Source of the DNA: Minisyncoccota bacterium | Lineage (GTDB): Bacteria > Patescibacteriota > Minisyncoccia > Phycocordibacterales > Phycocordibacteraceae | NCBI GenBank assembly: GCA_041660025.1 | Contig: JBAZXD010000001.1 | Span: forward strand, 236,162 to 300,161 | Direction of reading: 5' to 3' | Length of the DNA: 64,000 bases | Part shown: positions 17,384 to 27,882 of the stretch, piece after piece | Layout: every line of letters begins with the position of its first letter | Position numbering within the stretch: the stretch's first letter is position 1 | Notes under the pieces: model-generated | Told to the model about the DNA's origin: nothing | Database searches by the model: none | Seen by the model: only the letters and a program-made list of their open reading frames with translations | Translations under genes and position numbers: made by a program

Positions 17384-18586
17384 ATGAGTGCAATTGATTT
17401 CAGCATAGAGGCACGGGCGCAGCTTCGTGGCGCCCGTGCCGGCACGCTCACGACGCCGCACGGCGTCATCCGCACGCCCGCCTTCGCGCCGGTGGGGACG
17501 AAGGCGAATGTGAAAGGCATCTTGCCGAGCGCCCTGACAGCGCTCGGTGCCGAGGTCGTGCTCGCAAACACGTATCACCTCTATCTTCAGCCGGGCGAGA
17601 AAATTGTAAAAGATGCCGGGGGCTTGGGGAAATTTATGGGCTGGGCTGGCCCCACGATGACCGATTCGGGCGGTTTCCAGGTCTTCTCGCTCGGTGCCGC
17701 CTTCGGCAAGACCATCTCGAAATTCGTCAAAGCCGAAGCGCCCGAGGAAGATACGGTCGCGGTGTATGACGAGAACGTCGCGAGCCAGCACGGCCAGCTT
17801 GCCGTCATCGACGACGAGGGGGTTTCCTTCACGTCGCACCACGATGGTTCGCTTCACCGCTTCACGCCCGAGCGCTCGGTCGAGATACAGCACGCACTCG
17901 GTGCGGATATATTCTTCGCCTTTGATGAATGCACTGCACCGACCGAGCCGTATGAATATCAAAAAGAAGCGATGGAGCGCACGCACCGCTGGGCGGAGCG
18001 TTCTCTCAAAGCGCATCGGCAGAATATTGACGCGAATAAAAAGCAGGCGCTCTTCGGCATCGTGCAGGGCGGCCGCCACGAGGATTTGCGCAAGGAGTCT
18101 GCGCGCGCCATCGCCGCGCTCGGCTTCGACGGCATCGGCATCGGCGGCTCGTTCTCAAAAGAGGATATGAAAGGCGCACTTGCCGCCGCGGTAAGGGAGC
18201 TTCCCGAAGAATTGCCGCGCCATTTCCTCGGTATCGGCGAGCCGGGCGACATTCTGGAGGGCATCGCAGGCGGTATGGACCTCTTCGACTGTGTGGCCGC
18301 GACGCGCCTCGGCCGCCACGGCTCTATCTATACGAAGCACGGCATCATTCACCTCAAGAATGAAAAGTACCGCGCCGACTTCACACCGATTTCAGAAGGC
18401 TCTGAGTTCACATTGGCGTACGTGTCGCACCTCCTGCGTTCCGGCGAGATGCTCGGCGCCTCTATCGCTTCCACGCACAACGTTGGCTTCATTTTGAACC
18501 TGGTTGCCGGCGCGCGCGAAGCCATCCTCGATGGACGGTTTGACGACTACCGTGCAGATTTTATGCAAAATTATTGTTCAAAATAA
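17384..18586 (+). CDS. tgt: queuine tRNA-ribosyltransferase
   Basis: GTLTTPHG.I.TP.F.PVGT, LANTYHL, DSGGFQV motifs. Confidence 0.95.
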   Translation: MSAIDFSIEARAQLRGARAGTLTTPHGVIRTPAFAPVGTKANVKGILPSALTALGAEVVLANTYHLYLQPGEKIVKDAGGLGKFMGWAGPTMTDSGGFQVFSLGAAFGKTISKFVKAEAPEEDTVAVYDENVASQHGQLAVIDDEGVSFTSHHDGSLHRFTPERSVEIQHALGADIFFAFDECTAPTEPYEYQKEAMERTHRWAERSLKAHRQNIDANKKQALFGIVQGGRHEDLRKESARAIAALGFDGIGIGGSFSKEDMKGALAAAVRELPEELPRHFLGIGEPGDILEGIAGGMDLFDCVAATRLGRHGSIYTKHGIIHLKNEKYRADFTPISEGSEFTLAYVSHLLRSGEMLGASIASTHNVGFILNLVAGAREAILDGRFDDYRADFMQNYCSK

Positions 18587-18589
18587 AAA

Positions 18590-18609
18590 AGCCGACCCGC
18601 AAGTCGGCT
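18590..18609. terminator. bidirectional terminator
   Basis: AAAAAAGCCGAC-CCGCAA-GTCGGCTTT. Confidence 0.6.
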
Positions 18610-18630
18610 TTCCGTCGATGATAGAGGAGA

Positions 18631-19053
18631 CTACCAGACGATTTGCCACTTGATACCGAACGGACCGAATATACCGCTTCTTTCGTGCCCCTCGTCGTGT
18701 CCGGGAGGTTTCTCACAGCAGAATCCGGTCGATGGCCCAGTGCCGACCTCGACGGAGAGCACGGTCTTATCGCTCAAAAAACTATATTTTTCTCCCGGAA
18801 GCAGTACCGGTAGCGGAGGTACACGCACCCAGTGAGCACAACGTTTACCAAGGGGGGGTGCATCTGATATGCCTGATTTTTCGACCAGGTACTGCTCGCC
18901 GAGATACTCCCAGTCGATTGAAACCGGAAATCCACGGTGCAAATCTTTTGCGATGACGGAATGCTCGTTCTTGTGGCCGAGTTCTCTTTCGCAGAACGCG
19001 AGAAAGAACCCGTTTGAAGCATTAATAACGCAGGGAGCCTTGCAAAGCATCAT
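18631..19053 (-). CDS. hypothetical protein
   Basis: 140 aa; GGAGGC SD 6 nt upstream of the ATG. Confidence 0.45.
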   Translation of the reverse strand: MMLCKAPCVINASNGFFLAFCERELGHKNEHSVIAKDLHRGFPVSIDWEYLGEQYLVEKSGISDAPPLGKRCAHWVRVPPLPVLLPGEKYSFLSDKTVLSVEVGTGPSTGFCCEKPPGHDEGHERSGIFGPFGIKWQIVW

Positions 19054-19135
19054 TGGAGCCTCCGTGAAGTGGTGATTGTGATTTCTGGCGGAACAACTGA
19101 CCGCATAGTATAGTGTAGAGTCCGTATGTCAAGAT

Positions 19136-21190
19136 ATGGCTAATTTCAAATTACATCTTCCATTTCAGCCGGCGGGGGATCAGCCGCAAGCGATAGAGAA
19201 ACTTGAGCAAGGACTCGAGAAGGGTTTGCGCCATCAGACGCTTTTCGGCGTGACCGGCTCGGGCAAGACATTCACTGTTGCGAACGTCATAGCTTCGAAC
19301 GATAAGCCGACCTTGGTGCTCGCGCACAACAAGACGCTCGCGGCGCAGCTCGCGCAGGAGTATCGGGAATTTTTCCCCGAGAACGCGGTGCACTATTTCG
19401 TCTCGTACTACGACTACTATCAGCCGGAGGCGTACATCGCTCACTCGGATACCTATATAGAGAAGGAGGCGATGATCAACGCCGAGATAGACCGCCTGCG
19501 CCACGCGGCGACGCAGGCGCTTCTCACACGCAAGGACGTCATCATCGTCGCCTCGGTCTCCGCCATCTACGGCCTCGGTTCGCCGGAGGAATATCAGAAA
19601 GTGCACGTCAAGATAGAGAATGGTGCGGCGGAGAATCGCGCCGCGCTTATCCGCAAGCTCGTCGGCATCTACTTTGAGCGGACGAATGCGGACCTCAATC
19701 CGGGTCAGCTGCGTGCTATTGGCAATTCGCTTGAATTTATGCCGGTCAACGAGCGCGCCATCTTCCGCATCACCTTCGACGGCGACCGTATCGCATCAAT
19801 AGACCAGCTCGATCCGGTCTCACGCGCGAAGCTCCGTGAGCCCAAGTCGGTCTTCGTCTTTCCGGCGAAGCACTTCGTCACAAGCGAGGAGGAGCGCGAC
19901 CGCGCGATAGCGGACATTAGATTGGAACTTGAGGAACAGCTCGCGAAGTTCAAGCGCGAGGAGAAGCCGCTTGAAGCTGAACGCATCAAGCGCCGCACCC
20001 TCCACGACCTCGCGCTCATCCGCGAGCTCGGGTACACAAGCGGTATTGAAAATTATTCCCGCCACTTTGATGGGCGCGCTCCCGGCGAGCCGCCGCACAC
20101 GCTTCTCTCGTATTTCCCACACAAGAAAGACGGCTCGGCGGACTTCCTCACCGTCATAGACGAGTCGCACGTCACCGTCCCGCAGATTGGCGGTATGTAT
20201 GCGGGCGATAAGTCGCGCAAGGACAATCTCGTCGAGTATGGCTTCCGTCTCCCCTCGGCGCGCGACAATCGGCCGCTCCGCTTTGAAGAGTTCGAGGAGC
20301 GCGTGGGACAAGTACTGTACACAAGCGCGACACCGGGGCCGTATGAAAAAGCGCACTCCGAACAGGTGGTGGAGCAGATAATCCGCCCGACTGGCCTTAT
20401 CGACCCCGAGCTTACGGTGCGTGCTGTGAGCGAGACGGGGAGCTGTCGAGGACAAATCGCCGATTTCATTAGTGAGGCGGAGATAGTTATCAAGCGCGGC
20501 GGGCGCGCACTCGCGACCACGCTCACGAAGCAGATGGCCGAGGACCTCTCCTCGTTCCTGCGCGAGAAGGGAATCAAGGCCGAGTATCTCCACTCGGACG
20601 TGAAGACGATAGACCGCATCGATATCCTCACGAATTTCCGCAAAGGCACTTTCGATATTCTCGTTGGCGTGAACTTGCTTCGCGAAGGGCTCGACTTGCC
20701 GGAAGTGGAACTCGTGGGCATCCTGGATGCCGACAAAGAAGGGTTCCTTCGATCCGAAACAAGCTTGATCCAGACCATCGGGCGCGCGGCGCGCAACGTG
20801 CTTGGCCGCGTCATCCTCTATGCCGACGTGATGACCGGTTCGCTGGAAAAGGCTATCAGCGAGACGAATCGTCGCCGCGCGCTCCAGATGGCATACAACG
20901 AGAAACACGGCATCACGCCGCTGACCATCAAGAAAGAGATCCGCGACATCGCCGCCTCGATGCGCACTGAGCATCAGCGCACCATCGACGAGCTCCTCGT
21001 GCTCGACACGATTGCATACAAAGACGATCCGAAAGATTTTATAAAGCGTAAGAGGGAAGAGATGGCGGAAGCGGTCGAGCAACTGGACTTTGAGACGGCT
21101 GCCCTCATCCGCGACGAAATATATAAACTCGAAGGCACCGGCCCTAAGGCTCGCAAACCCCGCACCCGCAAACCGCTTTCTGGGGCTTGA
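19136..21190 (+). CDS. uvrB: excinuclease ABC subunit B
   Basis: GVTGSGKTFT, helicase motifs, C-terminal UvrB/UvrC-interaction domain. Confidence 0.97.
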   Translation: MANFKLHLPFQPAGDQPQAIEKLEQGLEKGLRHQTLFGVTGSGKTFTVANVIASNDKPTLVLAHNKTLAAQLAQEYREFFPENAVHYFVSYYDYYQPEAYIAHSDTYIEKEAMINAEIDRLRHAATQALLTRKDVIIVASVSAIYGLGSPEEYQKVHVKIENGAAENRAALIRKLVGIYFERTNADLNPGQLRAIGNSLEFMPVNERAIFRITFDGDRIASIDQLDPVSRAKLREPKSVFVFPAKHFVTSEEERDRAIADIRLELEEQLAKFKREEKPLEAERIKRRTLHDLALIRELGYTSGIENYSRHFDGRAPGEPPHTLLSYFPHKKDGSADFLTVIDESHVTVPQIGGMYAGDKSRKDNLVEYGFRLPSARDNRPLRFEEFEERVGQVLYTSATPGPYEKAHSEQVVEQIIRPTGLIDPELTVRAVSETGSCRGQIADFISEAEIVIKRGGRALATTLTKQMAEDLSSFLREKGIKAEYLHSDVKTIDRIDILTNFRKGTFDILVGVNLLREGLDLPEVELVGILDADKEGFLRSETSLIQTIGRAARNVLGRVILYADVMTGSLEKAISETNRRRALQMAYNEKHGITPLTIKKEIRDIAASMRTEHQRTIDELLVLDTIAYKDDPKDFIKRKREEMAEAVEQLDFETAALIRDEIYKLEGTGPKARKPRTRKPLSGA

Positions 21191-21253
21191 CAGATAAGGT
21201 ATATGTGATATCCTGCCTTATACAGGAACGTTCCTGATTGACTGGAGTGTCTG

Positions 21254-21442
21254 ATGATGATGAAGACTTATGACCTCGTGTACAGGGCAACAATAACATC
21301 CACGGATTCAAACGAAGAAGGACTCCGAGGCCTTGAATCCAAGGTTTCGCAAGCGGCTCTCCTTACAATTGCCGCATCGAAGTCGGTCTCGAATTTCAAA
21401 TTCGAGAACTGTACAATTACAGAAAAGAAAAAAGAATCGTAG
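21254..21442 (+). CDS. small hypothetical ORF (62 aa) between uvrB and uvrA
   Basis: GGAG SD and a TTGACT upstream; no homology recognised. Confidence 0.2.
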   Translation: MMMKTYDLVYRATITSTDSNEEGLRGLESKVSQAALLTIAASKSVSNFKFENCTITEKKKES

Positions 21443-21523
21443 CGTTCTCTGCGACGTTGTGTGCATCCATCTCGTGTTCATCCGCCGGCCCAAAGATATT
21501 CTGGGGTCGGCGTTCTCTTTTTG

Positions 21524-21532
21524 TGGTACAAT
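21524..21532 (+). promoter_or_regulatory. extended -10 TGGTACAAT upstream of uvrA
   Basis: Followed by a ~32-nt leader containing the CCTGCCC-N6-GGGCAGG hairpin (21543-21562). Confidence 0.35.
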
Positions 21533-21570
21533 CCACCTCGTACCTGCCCCGCCACGGGCAGGAAATTTGC

Positions 21571-24267
21571 ATGCCAAAACCCCTTAAATCAACAGCAAAA
21601 GAGGAGCCCCGCGAGATAGCCGCAGACGGCATCTCACGGGGTAGACGCCAGCACAAGCACGGGAGCGACTGGCTCCGCGTGAAGGGTGCGCGCACCCATA
21701 ATCTAAAAAATATTTCAGTAGAGATGCCGCGCGGCGCGATGACGGTCATCACCGGTCTCTCGGGGAGCGGGAAGTCCTCTCTCGCCTTCGACACTATCTT
21801 TGCTGAGGGTCAGCGGCGTTATGTCGAATCGCTCTCCGCCTACGCGCGCCAATTTTTGAACCAGATGGCGAAGCCGGACGTGGACGAGATCGTCGGCCTC
21901 TCGCCCGCGATTTCTATAGACCAGAAGAGCCGTTCCAATAATCCGCGCTCCACAGTCGCCACCGTCACCGAAATCTATGACTACCTGCGCGTGCTCTACG
22001 CGCGCGCGGGCCAGCCGTACTGCATCCACCACGACGTGCCCATCGTCCGGCTCTCCAAGGAAGAGATGATTAAGATGGTGTTCGCGCGCGTGGAGGCGAA
22101 ACGGAAGGTGAGTAGCACGAGTGTCATGGGCGTCGCCGTCGATAAAACTGCGGTGACTATCTACGCGCCGGTCGTCGTCGGGAGAAAGGGCGAATACTAT
22201 CAGCTTCTCTACGACCTCCTCGGCAAGGGATACGAAAAGGTCGTCGTGGACGGGAAAGTGCACTCGCTGCGCGAGAAGATAGTTATGGAGCGCAATAAGA
22301 TGCACAGCATCGATGCGGTCGTCGACAGTATTTTCGTTTCTGAATTTGCGCGCACGACTGCGGGCGCGCGCGAGCGGCTCTCGGAGGCGCTTGAGCTGGC
22401 GCTGAAGCAGGCGGACGGCCTGGTGAAGATCAAGCACGCCGACGGCACGCTCGAGACGCTCTCGTCGAAGTTTATCTGTCCCGACGACGGCGCGTCGTTC
22501 CCAGAAGTGGAACCACGCCTGTTCTCCTTCAACTCGCCCTACGGAGCGTGCCCGGCCTGCCACGGTCTCGGCACCGAATCGCTTTTCTCCGAAGAGGTGT
22601 GTCCGGTCTGCGAAGGGAAGCGTCTCCGCCCCGAAGCGCTCCGCGTGTATCTCAAGAGCAAAAAAGATAAGACGCTCGGGAAAAGCATTGTGGATTTCAC
22701 CAATATGTCGATACGGGAGGCGAAGGAGTTCGTCGATTCCATCGAGCTCTCGGAAATGAAGAAAGATATCGCCGCACCTATTCTCAAAGAGATCGATGCT
22801 CGTCTGACCTTTATGCTCAACGTCGGCCTTGATTACCTTACGCTCAACCGCTCGGCGGCGACGCTCTCCGGCGGAGAAGCTCAGCGCATCCGGCTCGCCT
22901 CTCAGCTCGGGAGCGGGCTCACGGGCGCGCTCTACGTGCTCGACGAGCCGACCATCGGGCTCCATCAGCGCGACAATGACCGCCTCATCAAGACACTGCT
23001 CATATTGAAAGAGCTTGGGAATACCATCATTGTCGTGGAGCATGATGAAGAGACCATTTTCTCCTCCGATTATTTGATAGATATCGGTCCTGGCGCGGGT
23101 GTGCACGGCGGAAATGTTGTCGTGTCGGGTTGGCTTGATGACCTCTTGAAGGCGAAGGAAAACGAGAGCGGCTCGCTCACGCTCGCGTATATACGGGAGG
23201 AAAAAGAAATTCCCGTGCCGGAGACGCGCCGCACGAGCGAGAAGGGCTGGCTGAAAGTGCGCGGCGCGACGTTGCATAATCTCGTGAACCAGAATGTCGA
23301 TGTACCACTCGGAAAACTTGTCTGCATTACGGGCGTCTCGGGGAGCGGGAAGTCCACGTTCTTGTATGACATTCTGCACCGCAATATTGCCAGCAGATTC
23401 GCTCGCCGCGAAGCGAAACTTGAACACGTCGCTTCGCTTACCGGCACTGAATACGTCGGCCGCGCGGTACTCATCGACCAGTCGCCTATCGGCCGCACGC
23501 CGCGCTCTAATCCCGCGACCTACACCGGCGCCTTCACCCACATCCGCGACCTCTTCGCCGCCACTTCCGAGTCCCGCGCGCGGGGCTGGAAGCCGGGGCG
23601 ATTCTCCTTCAACGTCCCGGGCGGTCGCTGTGAAGCCTGTCAGGGCAACGGTTCTATCGCGGTGGAGATGCACTTCCTCCCGACGGTATACGTTACCTGC
23701 GACATCTGTATGGGTAAACGTTTTATGAAGGAAACGCTTGAAGTGACGTTCCGCGGCAAGAACATCTACGATGTACTCCAGATGACGGTGGAGGAGGCGG
23801 AGAAATTCTTCGGCGATATCCCGGCAATCGCCGATCGCCTGATGAGCCTGAACTCGACCGGGCTCCAGTACCTCACGCTCGGCCAGAGTGCGACGACGCT
23901 CTCGGGCGGGGAAGCTCAGCGCGTGAAGATAGCGAGCGAGCTGTACCGCTCGATGCCGATGAAGACCATCTATCTCCTCGACGAGCCGACGGTCGGTCTC
24001 CACTACGAGGATGTGAAGAAGCTCATCGAGATACTGCAGGAGCTCGTGCGGCGCGGGAACACGGTCGTCGTCATCGAGCACAATCTCGATGTCATCAAGA
24101 GTTCAGATTACGTCATTGACTTCGGCCCCGAGGGTGGTGCCGGCGGCGGTAAAATCATCGCGAAAGGCACGCCCGAAGAAGTCGCCGATACCGAAGGTTC
24201 CTACACGGGCGAGTATCTGGAGAAAGTTCTCCGACGCCATGCAAAAAAGCAACCTACAAAGGAGTAA
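21571..24267 (+). CDS. uvrA: excinuclease ABC subunit A
   Basis: Two ABC ATPase modules ([23 protein letters not shown]), zinc-finger Cys clusters, LSGGEAQR signatures. Confidence 0.97.
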   Translation: MPKPLKSTAKEEPREIAADGISRGRRQHKHGSDWLRVKGARTHNLKNISVEMPRGAMTVITGLSGSGKSSLAFDTIFAEGQRRYVESLSAYARQFLNQMAKPDVDEIVGLSPAISIDQKSRSNNPRSTVATVTEIYDYLRVLYARAGQPYCIHHDVPIVRLSKEEMIKMVFARVEAKRKVSSTSVMGVAVDKTAVTIYAPVVVGRKGEYYQLLYDLLGKGYEKVVVDGKVHSLREKIVMERNKMHSIDAVVDSIFVSEFARTTAGARERLSEALELALKQADGLVKIKHADGTLETLSSKFICPDDGASFPEVEPRLFSFNSPYGACPACHGLGTESLFSEEVCPVCEGKRLRPEALRVYLKSKKDKTLGKSIVDFTNMSIREAKEFVDSIELSEMKKDIAAPILKEIDARLTFMLNVGLDYLTLNRSAATLSGGEAQRIRLASQLGSGLTGALYVLDEPTIGLHQRDNDRLIKTLLILKELGNTIIVVEHDEETIFSSDYLIDIGPGAGVHGGNVVVSGWLDDLLKAKENESGSLTLAYIREEKEIPVPETRRTSEKGWLKVRGATLHNLVNQNVDVPLGKLVCITGVSGSGKSTFLYDILHRNIASRFARREAKLEHVASLTGTEYVGRAVLIDQSPIGRTPRSNPATYTGAFTHIRDLFAATSESRARGWKPGRFSFNVPGGRCEACQGNGSIAVEMHFLPTVYVTCDICMGKRFMKETLEVTFRGKNIYDVLQMTVEEAEKFFGDIPAIADRLMSLNSTGLQYLTLGQSATTLSGGEAQRVKIASELYRSMPMKTIYLLDEPTVGLHYEDVKKLIEILQELVRRGNTVVVIEHNLDVIKSSDYVIDFGPEGGAGGGKIIAKGTPEEVADTEGSYTGEYLEKVLRRHAKKQPTKE

Positions 24268-25483
24268 TCTGCCGGATGTGCCGGGCGTGTACCTCTTCAA
24301 GCAGGGGAGGAAAGTCTTGTACGTGGGCAAAGCGACGTCGCTCCGCGACCGCGTGCGAAGCTACTTTGACGATGACCTGATTGCGACGCGGGGGCCGCGC
24401 GTGGTGGATATGGTGACGAAGGCCGACCGCGTCGCGTTTGAAGCGACACCGACGGTGCTCGAGGCGCTCGTGCGCGAGGCGGCGCTCATCAAGAAGTACC
24501 TGCCGCACGCGAATGTGGATGGAAAGGACGACAAAACCTTTCTCTACGCGGTCATCACGCAGGAAGATATTCCGCGCGTGCTCGTCGTGCGCGGGAAGGA
24601 TCTGGATTTTAAGGCGAAACGAACGAGCGACGGACAGAAACTGAAGGCGCTTTACGGTCCGTTTCCGTCGGGGGCGCAGCTACGCGAGGGTCTGCGGCTT
24701 ATTCGACGCATCTTTCCATTTTTCGACACGCCGAAGCCGGTCGGGGTAAAAAGCAAACATCAGATAGCGCAGATAGAATTTAATACGCAGATTAAGCAGT
24801 ATCCACGCAGTTTCGATGCGAGAGAGTATCGGCGCACCATACGTCATGTGATGCTTTTCCTCAGCGGTCGCGGGAAAGAATTGCGCGTGACGCTTGAGAA
24901 AGAGATGCGGCAGGCGGCTCGAGAAGAACGTTTCGAAGACGCGGCAACCGCAAGGCGCGAACTCTTCGCACTCGACCACATCCAGGACGTCTCGCTCATC
25001 AAGGACGAGAGCCTCGAGGACGCGCGGCGCACAGCGGCGCGCGGAGTGCGCATCGAGGCCTATGACACGGCGCACCTCTCGGGCACGAACGCCATCGGCG
25101 TAATGACGGTTCTCATTGACGGCGTACCGAGTAAAAAAGAGTATCGAACTTTTAATATTCGCGGTGTAAAGAAAAATGATGACATAGCATCTCTGAAAGA
25201 AATTCTCTCACGTCGGCTCGCACATCCCGAATGGTCACTTCCGAGCGCCATCGTCGTGGACGGCGGTACGACACAGAAGAAAACGGCGGAAGCGGTTTTG
25301 AAGGAAGCCGGAGTTGTCATACCGGTTGCCGCAGTCGTGAAGGATGAGCGGCACCGTCCGCGTGAAGTCATCGCCGCAAGGGCGGCCCGCGTCTCCGAGG
25401 CGGACGCGGTTCTCGCGAATGCCGAGGCGCATCGTTTTTCGCTCGCGCGGCACCGCGCTATGCGTTCAAAAAGCCTACAGTAA
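24239..25483 (+). CDS. uvrC: excinuclease ABC subunit C, short form (no C-terminal HhH)
   Basis: GIY-YIG LPDVPGVYLF..VLYVGKA; UvrBC-homology region; RNase H-like domain IEAYDTAHLSGTN; overlaps the uvrA 3' end by 29 nt. Confidence 0.8.
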   Translation: MQKSNLQRSNLPDVPGVYLFKQGRKVLYVGKATSLRDRVRSYFDDDLIATRGPRVVDMVTKADRVAFEATPTVLEALVREAALIKKYLPHANVDGKDDKTFLYAVITQEDIPRVLVVRGKDLDFKAKRTSDGQKLKALYGPFPSGAQLREGLRLIRRIFPFFDTPKPVGVKSKHQIAQIEFNTQIKQYPRSFDAREYRRTIRHVMLFLSGRGKELRVTLEKEMRQAAREERFEDAATARRELFALDHIQDVSLIKDESLEDARRTAARGVRIEAYDTAHLSGTNAIGVMTVLIDGVPSKKEYRTFNIRGVKKNDDIASLKEILSRRLAHPEWSLPSAIVVDGGTTQKKTAEAVLKEAGVVIPVAAVVKDERHRPREVIAARAARVSEADAVLANAEAHRFSLARHRAMRSKSLQ

Positions 25484-25570
25484 AAAGAGGAGAGTATATT
25501 GACACGAAAGTACTCATCTATAGTATGAGCGGGGGGAATGTCCCGATATCTACGGAGGTGTACCTTGGAG

Positions 25571-25969
25571 ATGACAGTCGTTCTTATCAAACCCGACGCA
25601 GTTGAGATGGGTCTCACTGAGTCAATTATCAACCGCTACACTGCTGCAGGTCTGCGCGTATTTCGCCGCGGGAAGTATAGGATGACCCCGGATCAAGCGA
25701 AGCAGTTCTACGCCGAACACGAGAATCGTTTTTATTTCGCGGCGCTCATTCTTGCGATGACGAGCGGACCGATCGAAATGCTCATTCTTCACGGCGAGAA
25801 TGTCGTACAGCAGGTTCGTGAGATGAACGGGGCAACGGATCCGAATAAGGCGACTGCCGGGACCATTCGACATGATTTTCGAAGTGCCGGTGGACCGTTC
25901 AATACGGTACACGCCTCCGACAGTCTTGCTGCCGCATCTCGAGAATTTGACCTTCTCATGAAGTGGTAA
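25571..25969 (+). CDS. ndk: nucleoside diphosphate kinase
   Basis: VVLIKPDAV...GATDP..A..GTIR.DF; GGAGGTG SD; TTGACA at 25499. Confidence 0.9.
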   Translation: MTVVLIKPDAVEMGLTESIINRYTAAGLRVFRRGKYRMTPDQAKQFYAEHENRFYFAALILAMTSGPIEMLILHGENVVQQVREMNGATDPNKATAGTIRHDFRSAGGPFNTVHASDSLAAASREFDLLMKW

Positions 25970-26032
25970 GTCGAGATGCCGTGTGAAATGTCGCTCGCCA
26001 GGGCGGCATTTCTTTTTGTTATACTAAACTTT

Positions 26033-26995
26033 ATGCAAACCATCGTCGGAGTGTTGCGGGGAGGGCCGTCGCGCGAGCACGAAGTCTCACTCAAGACCGG
26101 TGCCGCAATGCTCGCAAATCTTCCCGAGGAACGATTCTCCGTGCGAGATATTTACATAGATCGGAACGGAGTCTGGCACGACCGCGGTCGCCCCGTGGAG
26201 CCTGAGCGCATTCTGCGGCAGCTCGACGCCGTTCTTATCGGGCTCCATGGCGAATATGGCGAGGACGGGGAAGTACAGAAGCTTCTTGAGCGATTTGGCG
26301 TCCCCTATGCCGGTGCGGACTCCTTCGGATCGTATCTTGCGATGCACAAGCTTATGGCGAAGGCGCGCGCGCAGGAAGCGGGACTGCTCACTCCAGCGTC
26401 TCACTTTGTCGAGCGCGCGACCGACGCCGAGGCGGCGGCGGGCGAGATTATCCGCACCTTCCATCAACCAGTCATAGTGAAGCCTATCGGCTGGGGCTCC
26501 TCGGTCGGCGTCTCTATCGTGGGCGGTTACGCGCCGGTGCTCGCCGCCATCGAAAATCTCTTTGCGGAGGGCGCGCCCGGCGTTCTCGTCGAAGAGCTCA
26601 TTCGCGGGAGGGAAGCGACCGCCGGCGTTGTCGAAGGGCTCCGTGGCGAGGCGCTCTACGCGCTCCCGGTTATCGAGATAATCCCACCCGAAGACGATTT
26701 TTATAGTTATGACTCGAAGTATTCCGGTGCAACTCGGCATGTATGTCCGGGAAATTTTTCTCGCGTCGCCGCCGAAGAACTCCAGCGGGCAGCAAAGGTG
26801 ATACACCGCGCTTTAGGACTCCGTCACTATTCGCGAAGTGATTTCATCGTCACGCCGAAGGGTATTTATTATCTCGAAACGAATACACTCCCCGGACTTA
26901 CGTCCGAATCGAATCTTCCGATATCCCTCGCCGCTGTCGGCGTCACCTTCCCCGACTTCCTCTCGCATCTGGTCAATCTCGCCCTCTCGCGGTAA
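26033..26995 (+). CDS. ddl: D-alanine--D-alanine ligase
   Basis: ATP-grasp; GVLRGGPSREHEVSL, HG..GEDG..Q.LLE motifs. Confidence 0.85.
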   Translation: MQTIVGVLRGGPSREHEVSLKTGAAMLANLPEERFSVRDIYIDRNGVWHDRGRPVEPERILRQLDAVLIGLHGEYGEDGEVQKLLERFGVPYAGADSFGSYLAMHKLMAKARAQEAGLLTPASHFVERATDAEAAAGEIIRTFHQPVIVKPIGWGSSVGVSIVGGYAPVLAAIENLFAEGAPGVLVEELIRGREATAGVVEGLRGEALYALPVIEIIPPEDDFYSYDSKYSGATRHVCPGNFSRVAAEELQRAAKVIHRALGLRHYSRSDFIVTPKGIYYLETNTLPGLTSESNLPISLAAVGVTFPDFLSHLVNLALSR

Positions 26996-27006
26996 AGTCT
27001 TCAAAC

Positions 27007-27082
27007 GGGCCCTTAGCTCATCTGGTAGAGCGCCTCATTTGCAATGAGGAGGTAAGCGGTTCAAGTCCGCTAGGGTCCACCA
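27007..27082 (+). tRNA. tRNA-Ala (TGC), CCA encoded
   Basis: G3:U70, acceptor GGGCCCT/AGGGTCC, anticodon loop TTTGCAA. Confidence 0.85.
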
Positions 27083-27153
27083 AAGTTTTTGATTACATTC
27101 GGCTTTCCAATCTGGGAATCTAATCGGATATCTGCTATGGTAAAGTTGTGCTC

Positions 27154-27227
27154 GCGCTCCTAGCTCAGTTGGTTAGAGCGTACGCTTCACACGCGTAAGG
27201 TCGCAGGTTCGATCCCTGCGGAGCGCA
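27154..27227 (+). tRNA. tRNA-Val (CAC)
   Basis: Acceptor GCGCTCC/GGAGCGC, anticodon loop TTCACAC. Confidence 0.8.
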
Positions 27228-27246
27228 CACGGGAGGTGTTCTGTGT

Positions 27247-27317
27247 CGGGCCGGAGTATGCCGGTAGTACGTACGATTCGGGTTCGTATAGACCGGGTTC
27301 GATTCCCGGCGGCCCGA
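27247..27317 (+). tRNA. tRNA-Pro (CGG)
   Basis: Acceptor CGGGCCG/CGGCCCG, anticodon stem TACGA/TCGTA with loop TTCGGGT. Confidence 0.75.
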
Positions 27318-27413
27318 CAGAGAACGTCTCCTAACGCGGGCTATAAGTAAGCTTGTATCTCCGCGTTCCGGAGAGAATAATCACGAGAAGACTCGTGTTA
27401 TTCTTCCTCCACG

Positions 27414-27484
27414 CGGGCTATCGTATAATGGTAGTACGCATGGCTGGGGGTCATGCAGCCTGGGTTCGATTCCCAGTAGCCCGA
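27414..27484 (+). tRNA. tRNA-Pro (GGG)
   Basis: Acceptor CGGGCTA/TAGCCCG, anticodon loop CTGGGGG. Confidence 0.75.
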
Positions 27485-27607
27485 TGAAAATAATTTTCGA
27501 GCGTGGTAGCATATTCCGCACGGGCCCGTATCTTCGCGGACTCGATACAGAACCCTCGTTCGGAGAAACTGAACGAGCGAAGACGTTCATTCAGTTTTCC
27601 TCACTTC

Positions 27608-27680
27608 GGGCCCGTAGCTCATCTGGTAGAGCGCGTCATTCGCATTGACGAGGTAAGCGGTTCAAGTCCGCTCGGGTCCA
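27608..27680 (+). tRNA. tRNA-Ala (CGC)
   Basis: G3:U70, anticodon stem CGTCA/TGACG with loop TTCGCAT. Confidence 0.85.
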
Positions 27681-27882
27681 CATAATAGGAAAGCGCAACA
27701 AAACGGCCACTTCTGGCTTGTACTTTCCCGCTGTGTGGTCTATTCTTGAAATAGCTCGGACTTTCGCCGCCGGTGGGGTGGTGGCGAGTACCTCTGCTGA
27801 AAACCGCAAAAGAGCCCGAGGAAACATCGGCTCGAACCGTGTAGTGTGAGGAAAAGAAAATTTCTTATTCATACAATTCAAT

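Noticed and set aside
21223-21236. Calling CAGGAACGTTCCTG a LexA (Cheo) box.
   Set aside because: Cheo boxes have a 4-nt spacer (CGAACN4GTTCG) and this palindrome has none. No lexA gene is in the window. It is reported only as an unexplained operator-like palindrome.
21715-24081. 788-aa ORF on the minus strand antisense to uvrA; similar long antisense ORFs at 19820-21082, 52082-53644, 11217-12353, 8481-9551, 4151-5065, 29769-30371 and 60206-61105.
   Set aside because: High GC gives long stop-free antisense frames. The sense-strand products have unambiguous homology (UvrA, UvrB, M13 peptidase, ATP synthase, RpoA). The antisense translations are Arg/Ala/Pro-rich low-complexity with no motifs.
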